NCBI GenBank assembly: GCA_004297645.1
Contig: SCUG01000462.1
Span: 1-32,653 of the forward strand
Source of the DNA: Saprospiraceae bacterium
GTDB lineage: Bacteria > Bacteroidota > Bacteroidia > Chitinophagales > Saprospiraceae
Reading direction: 5' to 3'
Length of the DNA: 32,653 nt
The first letter of the stretch is position 1. Each line of letters begins with the position of its first letter. Below are positions 1-5,836 of the stretch, one piece after another. The position numbers were made by a program, and so were the translations under genes. The notes beneath the pieces are model-generated. The model saw only the letters and a list, made by a program, of their open reading frames with translations. It ran no database searches and was not told the origin of the DNA.

Positions 1-477
1 TCAAAGCGCCGCCAAATCCAGTTGGATAACATCGAAAAACTGCCCATCCAAATGGTGGAAATCGTGGTCGGTGGTGAGCAAAGTCAAGCCAAGCACGGAG
101 GCAGTGGCAGCAATCCAGAGAGCCTGCCCCGAATTTTCGGGGTCGTTCTTTCCCATGTTTCGGGCGCTTGTTCCGAGTGGCCGCCCTGGCAGGCGACCCT
201 GGCTGAAAGCATCAATTTCGGCGTATCGCTGGATGATGGTTTCCACGTGAATGTCAGTAATGGGAAATTTTTGAACGAATTGAAACAGCCTTGAAATTCT
301 GGCGACGCCCCATTGGCTTTGAATGGCGATGGAGCGAATTTCACCGGCGGTCACGACGGACAACACGGAAGTGTTCGGAGCGGCGAGCGGGGCGTGAAGC
401 GCATCAATTTGGGCAGCCAGCCGCTGGTTTTCCCTGAGATAAAGGAGGAGGATGTTGGTGTCGAGGAGGAAATTCAT
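1..477 (-). CDS. PIN-domain (VapC-like) toxin ribonuclease
   Basis: 158-aa ORF. It has 'LLDTNILL' at the N-terminus, 'AGEIRS', 'KND...LWIAATA' and 'LLTTDHDF', which match the four acidic positions of PIN domains. Its ATG (475-477) overlaps a TGA (474-476) that closes the upstream antitoxin-like frame (ATGA coupling). Confidence 0.85.
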   Translation of the reverse strand: MNFLLDTNILLLYLRENQRLAAQIDALHAPLAAPNTSVLSVVTAGEIRSIAIQSQWGVARISRLFQFVQKFPITDIHVETIIQRYAEIDAFSQGRLPGRPLGTSARNMGKNDPENSGQALWIAATASVLGLTLLTTDHDFHHLDGQFFDVIQLDLAAL

Positions 478-826
478 GCGCTGAGCATCGCCAAAAGTTC
501 TTCAATGGGTTCCTGCACGTTGATTTCTGCAATCAACTTGTCCAATTCTTGCCGGTCAAAACCTTTGAAGTTTTGTTCCGTCAGAATTCTTCAAGCGTCA
601 GGTTCTTGCGCAACGGCCTCATGGCATCGGCAAAAATGGCAATTTCATTGGGCTGTGCAACTGGCTCGACAGGTTTGTTGATACCTTTGGAGGAGGGTTG
701 GCCGTTCCGGGCAGTTTTGCGGGCGGGCTTTTTTTCAGCCGAAATGACTTGCAAGACCTGGAGTCGCTCCAAACTGCGTAGCAGCGGCAGTGCTTCTTCC
801 CTCAATAATTTTACGGTGATGGTCAT
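474..826 (-). pseudogene. Putative antitoxin of the PIN toxin, reading frame broken near 581-590
   Basis: The ORF from ATG 826 stops at TGA 581-583 (...RKNLTLEEF*). A second frame is open from 590 and reads RILTEQNFKGFDRQELDKLIAEINVQEPIEELLAMLSA*, ending at TGA 474-476, which overlaps the toxin start. Joining the two pieces gives one antitoxin of about 117 aa. Confidence 0.55.
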
Positions 827-833
827 TGCTTCT

Positions 834-970
834 AAATTTTCTCAAAAGTACGGGAATTTCGTTGCAGTCGTTTCACAAAATCAACCTGAGGCCGGTGCAA
901 AGCCACCTGGTGCTTCCGCCACCGCATTTTGCAGGCGTATTTTGCCAGTCATTTGGAAGGAAGAAGAAAC
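834..970. repeat. Inter-module repeat, copy R1
   Basis: The core ggtgcttccgccaccgcattttgcaggcgtattttgcc (909-946) matches the R2 core at 35 of 38 positions, counted by eye. The left arm (834-908) also aligns with R2 (aaatttYctcaaaaRtac..gaatttcgtt..acctga). The right arm ggaaggaagaagaaac resembles ggtaggagaaagatgaaac in R2. Confidence 0.8.
843..850 (-). promoter_or_regulatory. Bacteroidota-type -7 box (TACTTTTG) inside R1, facing the antitoxin/PIN operon
   Basis: The reverse complement of caaaagta is TACTTTTG, which fits the TAnnTTTG consensus. It lies 17 nt upstream of ATG 826. Confidence 0.4.
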
Positions 971-1046
971 CGGAAGGCATACGAATTAATCCCAAATCAT
1001 GGCAGCAGACTCCCTTTTCGGTGCAAGGTTCATGGGTGATTATCCG

Positions 1047-1607
1047 TCAAGAAGGTAAAACCAGCATCGCTCCCGTCCAATTACCGGACTCCGGGTCGGG
1101 GTCTTCAAAAAACATGGCTGGCGGCTGATGGGCGAGTGCTTTGGCGATTTTTCTAACCCAAAGCGGGGCAGGGGATTCAGGTTCGGGGATGAAATCGAAT
1201 ACAATATCGGCGTGCATGGGCAGCCCTGCGTCAGCGGAAAAAACGGGGGCATCCGTTCTGAGTTGCCCCTTGTCGTCCAAAGGCGTAAAGGCAACCCGGA
1301 CTTTTGGCAACTCCTCGCCTAAGCTCTGGTCGGCTACTTTGGAGGGAATATCTTCGACATCTCCTGCTTTGATTAATGCCATGCCACAGTAGGCATGAAA
1401 CCCTACGACTAAAGATTTGAAGTGCTTCTTGCAAAAACCGGCGCCGGCGTAAAGAAGACGGAGCACGGAAACGTCATTTCTGCCGGGTGGCGGCTTGAAG
1501 GCATTCTCTTTCAATTGCCCGGCAGATTTCGAGTACATCAAAGGGTGTACGATGCCCCTGGCGAGCACTTCCTGAAAGGTGATAATGGGGGAAACCTCGA
1601 TATTCAT
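1047..1607 (-). CDS. Hypothetical protein, 186 aa (candidate toxin/effector of an unknown family)
   Basis: Long ORF with ordinary amino-acid composition. Its ATG (1605-1607) overlaps the TGA (1604-1606) of the upstream gene by 4 bp. I recognise no family motif. Confidence 0.7.
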   Translation of the reverse strand: MNIEVSPIITFQEVLARGIVHPLMYSKSAGQLKENAFKPPPGRNDVSVLRLLYAGAGFCKKHFKSLVVGFHAYCGMALIKAGDVEDIPSKVADQSLGEELPKVRVAFTPLDDKGQLRTDAPVFSADAGLPMHADIVFDFIPEPESPAPLWVRKIAKALAHQPPAMFFEDPDPESGNWTGAMLVLPS

Positions 1608-2116
1608 TGAGTAGGTGACAAATGGGCGAACAAGTGTTGCAAGGCTTCGAGCAAGTCAGCAGGAAAATCCTTTCCGGCGAGGTCGAGATGCTCATTTTCC
1701 ATTGTTTTCCCGGATGGCAATTGCGCAAAAAAATTAGCCTTGCTTTTGCCGATTTCGACGGTAACGAAGTGACTGTCTCCATGTTCCCAGTCTATCGTAA
1801 CCGTGCTATAAGGGGTGGGGGTTATGTTTTCCGGTTCTAAATGTTCGAGGAAGGATTCGGGCAATAGTCTCAGGAAGTTAAGGCAGGCATCCGCTACTTC
1901 CGGGCTGACAGGAATGGCGCCGTACCCGTCCCAATTGTTTTTTAGGCGAGTGAAGGACTGGATTTTCGTCCGGACGGCGCTCCAACGGTCTTTTCTTTTG
2001 AAAGCCTTTTTTTCCGGGCTGTTGCGATGCAGGAACTCATAGACTTTGGGGAGCCATTTCTCGTCCAATTGGTCAATGAGCCGGTGCAATTCTTCCCGTT
2101 GATAAGATATAGTCAT
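1604..2116 (-). CDS. Hypothetical protein, 170 aa (antitoxin-like N-terminal helix plus an unknown C-terminal domain)
   Basis: The N-terminus REELHRLIDQLDEKWLPKVYEFLH resembles the 'L..LI..LPE..L..V..F' helix of DUF2281-type antitoxins. The C-terminal 'NNWDGYGAIPVSPEVADACLNFLRLLP' domain is uncharacterised. The gene is translationally coupled to 1047-1607. Confidence 0.7.
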   Translation of the reverse strand: MTISYQREELHRLIDQLDEKWLPKVYEFLHRNSPEKKAFKRKDRWSAVRTKIQSFTRLKNNWDGYGAIPVSPEVADACLNFLRLLPESFLEHLEPENITPTPYSTVTIDWEHGDSHFVTVEIGKSKANFFAQLPSGKTMENEHLDLAGKDFPADLLEALQHLFAHLSPTQ

Positions 2117-2184
2117 CGTTCATTCAAGTTTTGAAAACAGCGCTTAAAGATAGCGCCTTCGATTAGTGAATGGTCTTCGCTCAA

Positions 2185-2324
2185 AAATTTCCTCAAAAAT
2201 ACATGAATTTCGTTTCCATTGTTTTTCAGATTTTACCTGAAATGAAACGGGGTATCGTGGCGCTTCCGGCACCGCATCTTGCAGGCGTATTTTGCCGGGC
2301 GGTGGGTAGGAGAAAGATGAAACA
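2185..2324. repeat. Inter-module repeat, copy R2
   Basis: Core ggcgcttccggcaccgcatcttgcaggcgtattttgcc (2259-2296). Both the left and right arms align with R1. Confidence 0.8.
2194..2201 (-). promoter_or_regulatory. -7 box (TATTTTTG) inside R2, facing the 2116-1047 gene pair
   Basis: The reverse complement of caaaaata is TATTTTTG, which fits TAnnTTTG. It occupies the same position in the repeat as the box in R1, 78 nt upstream of ATG 2116. Confidence 0.4.
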
Positions 2325-2349
2325 GCCTCCTCCATTTTCACCTTTTCCA

Positions 2350-2357
2350 TACCTTTG
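2350..2357 (+). promoter_or_regulatory. -7 box (TACCTTTG) upstream of the 4-Cys gene
   Basis: Exact TAnnTTTG match 15 nt upstream of ATG 2372, just to the right of R2. Confidence 0.35.
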
Positions 2358-2371
2358 GAATCAAAAATTCT

Positions 2372-3130
2372 ATGGAAGAAAACGAACACTTCATCGAGGG
2401 CATCTACAACTGGTGCGACCGCTGGTGCGAGCGCTGCAAATACACTGACCGATGCTATAGTTTTCAAATGGACGTGGAAGACGGCTTCGACCCGCTGAAC
2501 CGGGACCTCTCCGGCGAAGAGGTCTGGGCGCACGTCGGCAAGCGCTTTGCCCAGGCGCTCGAAATGCTTCGCAAACACGCCGCCGAACAGGGCATTGACC
2601 TCGACAACCTGCCCGATGTGGAAGAAGAACCGCCCAGCGAAAGGGCTGCCCGGCTGGAGGCGCTCTGCGAAGAAATCCACGAAGAATACATCGAACGCAG
2701 CCACTCGTTTTTCGAAGAAAACAAAACCTATTTTGAGGACAAAGGCCACGAAACCATCAGTTGGGTGCAGATGGGATTGTCTGGCGAAGAGGAGGTGCTG
2801 GCAAAATGGGAAGAGGTGAACGACCAGGCCGAAGTCATTCAGTGGTACACTTATTTTGTCGGGGTGAAAATACGCCGGGCTATAAACGGCCTCGACGACA
2901 TGCACGAAGACCACTGGGGCAGCCCTGAACAAAGCGACGCCAACCGCACGGCCCGCGTCGTCATGCTGGCCATCGAACGGAGCATGGCCGGCTGGCAGGT
3001 GATGCTGCATGCTTTTCCAGAAAAGGAGGACGGCATCATCCAACCCCTGGCACTGCTGGCCAGGTTTCGCCGGATGGTAGTGACGACCTTCCCACGCTGG
3101 GCTGAGGCGGGGCCAGACGTGGTGTGGTAA
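2372..3130 (+). CDS. Hypothetical acidic helical protein with an N-terminal 4-Cys cluster (C-x3-C-x2-C-x5-C)
   Basis: 252-aa ORF with 'NWCDRWCERCKYTDRC' at residues 13-28. The rest is Glu/Asp-rich. The overlapping 299-aa minus-strand ORF has antisense-shadow composition. Confidence 0.75.
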   Translation: MEENEHFIEGIYNWCDRWCERCKYTDRCYSFQMDVEDGFDPLNRDLSGEEVWAHVGKRFAQALEMLRKHAAEQGIDLDNLPDVEEEPPSERAARLEALCEEIHEEYIERSHSFFEENKTYFEDKGHETISWVQMGLSGEEEVLAKWEEVNDQAEVIQWYTYFVGVKIRRAINGLDDMHEDHWGSPEQSDANRTARVVMLAIERSMAGWQVMLHAFPEKEDGIIQPLALLARFRRMVVTTFPRWAEAGPDVVW

Positions 3131-3170
3131 GGCGTTCTACGCCGGGGGTGCTGCCCCTGCGCCTCATCCA

Positions 3171-3292
3171 TTTCCTCCACGAAACGCCCGCCCGCCACCG
3201 CCCCGAAACGGACGGTGCGACCTGGCGGTTTCGGCATCGGATATTGCAGGAGCATTTTGCGGGGCAGTGGAAAGAGAATGAAGCAATAAACC
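3171..3292. repeat. Inter-module repeat, copy R3 (more diverged)
   Basis: The core ggcggtttcggcatcggatattgcaggagcattttgcgg (3224-3262) matches the R2 core at about 32 of 40 positions by eye. The right arm gtggaaagagaatgaagcaataaacc resembles R2 ggtgggtaggagaaagatgaaacagcc. The left arm contains ccgccaccgcccc (3192-3204) and gaaacgg. Confidence 0.65.
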
Positions 3293-3294
3293 AG

Positions 3295-3302
3295 TAGCTT
3301 TG
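3295..3302 (+). promoter_or_regulatory. -7 box (TAGCTTTG) upstream of the antitoxin gene
   Basis: Exact TAnnTTTG match 27 nt upstream of the TTG start at 3329. Confidence 0.35.
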
Positions 3303-3328
3303 TAAATAATCCATCAACCATAACCGCT

Positions 3329-3541
3329 TTGGCACTGAAAGAAGAAGTCCGCAGACTAAGCGCCGTTGAGCGCATCCTTTTCGTGCAGTACATCCTCGAC
3401 ACGCTGCGGGAGGATGCGGGCGAGTTCGAGTTGAGCGAAGAATGGAAGCAGGAACTCGACCGCCGCACCACCTCCTACCTCGATGGCACTGCAAAAACCT
3501 ATGCTTGGCAGGAAGTCCGGGCAAAAGTGCAGCAGCAATGA
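3329..3541 (+). CDS. Addiction-module antitoxin (the small 'putative addiction module component' type that pairs with ParE/RelE)
   Basis: 70 aa. 'LSAVERILFVQYILDTL...ELSEEWKQELDRR' fits the small helical antitoxin pattern. TTG is the only start available, because the frame opens at 3290. The stop overlaps the next ATG (ATGA at 3538-3541). Confidence 0.7.
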   Translation: MALKEEVRRLSAVERILFVQYILDTLREDAGEFELSEEWKQELDRRTTSYLDGTAKTYAWQEVRAKVQQQ

Positions 3542-3711
3542 ACCACACGCTCGTTTTCCACCAAGAAGCGCTGGAGAAAATCCAGGATGCTCACGACTGG
3601 TACGAACTGCAAAGGAAAGGGCTTGGCTTGGAGTTCATGGACGCCATTGGCAAAGTGGTACAGCGCATTTTGTCAAATCCGAACGATAAGACCGACCGCC
3701 ACCTCCCCTAA
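3538..3711 (+). pseudogene. ParE/RelE-family toxin truncated after about 57 aa
   Basis: MNHTLVFHQEALEKIQDAHDWYELQRKGLGLEFMDAIGKVVQRILSNP matches the N-terminal half of ParE-like toxins. The C-terminal beta-sheet/'FPY..Y...H..R' half is missing. The last codons (DRHLP*) lie in the ccgccacctcccc box of repeat copy R4. Confidence 0.6.
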
Positions 3712-3760
3712 ATAATTGGCGCTTCCGCCCACCTGCGCCATTGGAATATTTTCAGGCAGA
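3693..3760. repeat. Inter-module repeat, copy R4 (degenerate)
   Basis: ccgccacctcccc (3696-3708) matches the R3 left-arm box. ggcgcttccgcccacctgcgccattggaatattttcaggc (3718-3757) aligns with the R2 core if gaps are allowed. Confidence 0.5.
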
Positions 3761-3784
3761 AGTTGCAAAAAGTTTTCCCCACTC

Positions 3785-3792
3785 TATATTTG
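3785..3792 (+). promoter_or_regulatory. -7 box (TATATTTG) upstream of the ATP-grasp gene
   Basis: Exact TAnnTTTG match 29 nt upstream of ATG 3821. Confidence 0.35.
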
Positions 3793-3820
3793 CCCCCCGA
3801 TTCTAATATTCAACCTTAAA

Positions 3821-5110
3821 ATGGAAAAAACCACGCGCAAACGGCGCTTTCTTTTTGTCTCCCGATGGGGTGACTTGCTCGACATAGTGAATGCAGTGCA
3901 GGAAGAAGGCAACGATGTAAAAATGTTCATCGAATACAAGCCCTGCTTAGAAGTCGGCGACGGCTTCGTCCCCAAAGTTAGCGAATGGCAAAGCCACATC
4001 GCCTGGGCCGACATCGTTGTGTTCGACTACACGGGCTACGGGAAAATAGCCGAAGAATTGCGGGCCACCGGCAAGCCTGTCTTCGGGGGCAGCGAGTACA
4101 CCGACAAGCTGGAGATAGACCGCAGTTTTGGGCAAGATGAACTGAAAAGGCACAAAATCAACATCCTGAAATACAAGGAATTTCAGACCTTCAGCGAAGC
4201 CATCGCCTATGTGGAAGCACACCCGAACTCCTACGTGCTCAAACCCAGCGGCGAGACGCAAGATTTTAAACAGCTCCTGTTTGTGGGCAAGGAAGACGAT
4301 GGTAGTGACATCGTACGGATGCTAAAGGCTTATGAAAAAAGCTGGGGCAACATGGGTGCCTTTCAACTGCAACGCCGGGTGAGGGGCGTGGAAGTAAGTG
4401 TATCTGCCTATTTCAACGGCAAGGAGTTCATCAAACCCGTCAACATAACTTTCGAGCACAAAAAACTTTTCCCCAAAGAACTCGGCGTCTCCACCGGAGA
4501 AATGGGCACCAGTATGTTTTGGACGGACGACAACCCCATCTTCGACGCCACCCTTGGCCGCATGGAAAAAACCCTCGCCAAAGATGGCTTCACCGGCCAC
4601 ATAGACATCAACTGCATCGTGAATGGAAAGGGCATTTATCCCTTGGAATTTACCTCTCGCTTTGGCTATCCGCAAGTGTACATTCAGCGGGAAGGCATCA
4701 GTGAACCTTTCGGCGACATGCTGTTCAAGCTGGCCACCGGCCAATCGTTCAAGCTAAAAACCAAACCCGGCTTCCAGGTCGGGGTTTACATGGTCGTGCC
4801 GCCTTTCCCTTACAACGACGACAAAACCTTCGAGCTTTTTTCCAAAGATGCCGTCGTCGTTTTCAAAGACAAAAGCATGAAGGGTATCCATCCGGTCCAC
4901 CTCCAGCAGGTAAACGGCGAATGGCTTATCACCGGCGACGCGGGCATGCCTATTCTCGTCGTGGGCACGGGTATCACCATGAAGGAGGCTCAACACCTGG
5001 CTTACAACCGCATCTCCAACGTCTTTATAAACAATTCCTACTACCGCACCGACATCGGCGACCGATGGACGGAGGATTCGGACAGGTTGTGGGCCTGGAA
5101 GTTCCTGTAA
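3821..5110 (+). CDS. ATP-grasp enzyme, PurD-like (paralog of phosphoribosylamine-glycine ligase)
   Basis: The ORF opens at 3716, but the sensible start is MEKTTRKRRFLFV at 3821. ATP-grasp-like core (YVLKPSGE..., GVEVSVSAYFNG, EMGTSMFW) and a PurD C-domain-like end (AYNRISNVFINNSYYRTDIGDRW). It lacks the housekeeping PurD 'GGREHA' N-terminal motif. Confidence 0.8.
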   Translation: MEKTTRKRRFLFVSRWGDLLDIVNAVQEEGNDVKMFIEYKPCLEVGDGFVPKVSEWQSHIAWADIVVFDYTGYGKIAEELRATGKPVFGGSEYTDKLEIDRSFGQDELKRHKINILKYKEFQTFSEAIAYVEAHPNSYVLKPSGETQDFKQLLFVGKEDDGSDIVRMLKAYEKSWGNMGAFQLQRRVRGVEVSVSAYFNGKEFIKPVNITFEHKKLFPKELGVSTGEMGTSMFWTDDNPIFDATLGRMEKTLAKDGFTGHIDINCIVNGKGIYPLEFTSRFGYPQVYIQREGISEPFGDMLFKLATGQSFKLKTKPGFQVGVYMVVPPFPYNDDKTFELFSKDAVVVFKDKSMKGIHPVHLQQVNGEWLITGDAGMPILVVGTGITMKEAQHLAYNRISNVFINNSYYRTDIGDRWTEDSDRLWAWKFL

Positions 5111-5118
5111 AAGGATGA

Positions 5119-5628
5119 ATGATGCCTTTACATTTCAAAGAAATCACCGAAGCCCCCGCCCCATTTTTCAACCTGCTGCCGCCCGACTGGCAGGAGGGCA
5201 TTGTGCCACAATGGCCCATTTATCAATCTACGGCTCGAATTTTCGCTTTGAAAAAAAAAGGAGAAATCCATTGCGGTGGCATCGTCTTTCCCACCGTTTC
5301 TCCCGACACCCAGGCCTACCGGGAAGAGGCACAGGGCTGGTTCGGCCGCGGGTTCCTTTACATCGGGTTCCTTTTTGTGCCGGAAAAGTACCGAGGCAAA
5401 CGCTATGGAACGACGTGGCTGGAGGCGTTGGAAAAGCAATTTCCCGGACAGGCTTTTTGGCTGGCCATTGACGAATACGGCTTGCACAACTTTTATGAAA
5501 AAAACGGCTTCCAACTGGTAAAGCAGGTAACGGGAGAATTTGGCCCCGAATGGATTTTGGAAAGAGCTGCAAATGCCGGCATCACTACCCCGCCTCCCGC
5601 ACCGCCCCCATTTTCAAAGAGACGCTGA
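5119..5628 (+). CDS. GNAT-family N-acetyltransferase with a Pro-rich C-terminal tail
   Basis: Acetyl-CoA motif A-like 'FLFVPEKYRGKRYGTTWLEALE' followed by 'YGLHNFYEKNGFQLV'. It starts 8 nt after the ATP-grasp stop. The tail TTPPPAPPPFSKRR is encoded by sequence resembling the repeat box. Confidence 0.8.
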   Translation: MMPLHFKEITEAPAPFFNLLPPDWQEGIVPQWPIYQSTARIFALKKKGEIHCGGIVFPTVSPDTQAYREEAQGWFGRGFLYIGFLFVPEKYRGKRYGTTWLEALEKQFPGQAFWLAIDEYGLHNFYEKNGFQLVKQVTGEFGPEWILERAANAGITTPPPAPPPFSKRR

Positions 5629-5692
5629 AACGACAAAAACGATAGCGCCGCCATCTTTGAATTGTGCGGGAATAACGCCATATTTGTCACCG
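5590..5692. repeat. Possible fifth, highly degenerate copy of the inter-module repeat (R5)
   Basis: ctcccgcaccgcccccattttcaaagagacgc (5594-5625) resembles cttccgccaccgc-attttgcaggcgtat of the R1 core. gaaacg and catatttgtcaccgg follow. This alignment is weak and made by eye only. Confidence 0.3.
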
Positions 5693-5836
5693 GACATCTA
5701 TTCACTTAGAAAGCTTTCCCATTTCTTCACCTTGTGCCTGTCAATGAACCGGAGTTCGGTTTTCGACCCATTCAACAAGTGTCCCTGACCTGCCCCCGGC
5801 ATTGCCGGTGCATAACCTTACAAAATTCCTCACGCC

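Noticed and set aside
2144-3043. 299-aa minus-strand ORF that covers most of the 4-Cys gene
   Set aside because: Its composition (runs of V/F/H/A/G, no recognisable motif) is typical of an antisense shadow of a GAR/GAA-rich gene. It would also run across repeat R2. The plus-strand ORF has a sensible start, a promoter box and a coherent protein-like sequence.
2372-3130. Radical-SAM enzyme call based on the CX3CX2C motif
   Set aside because: The protein is too short and too acidic and helical. It has no recognisable SAM-binding or TIM-barrel motifs downstream of the cluster. The motif alone is insufficient.
834-3292. Calling the inter-module repeats integron attC sites, and the region a classical integron
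   Set aside because: I could not find RYYYAAC…GTTRRRY core pairs or an extended imperfect palindrome in R1-R3. No intI is in the window and the modules are in mixed orientation. I report it only as cassette-array-like, pending a covariance-model search.
3716-3820. 35-aa N-terminal extension of the ATP-grasp ORF
   Set aside because: The extension overlaps repeat R4 and the TATATTTG box and has no protein-like features. MEKTTRKRR at 3821 is the first ATG that follows a promoter-like element.
3821-5110. Annotating the ATP-grasp gene as housekeeping purD
   Set aside because: It lacks the conserved N-terminal GGREHA-type motif, has no purine-pathway neighbours, and sits in an accessory cassette context.
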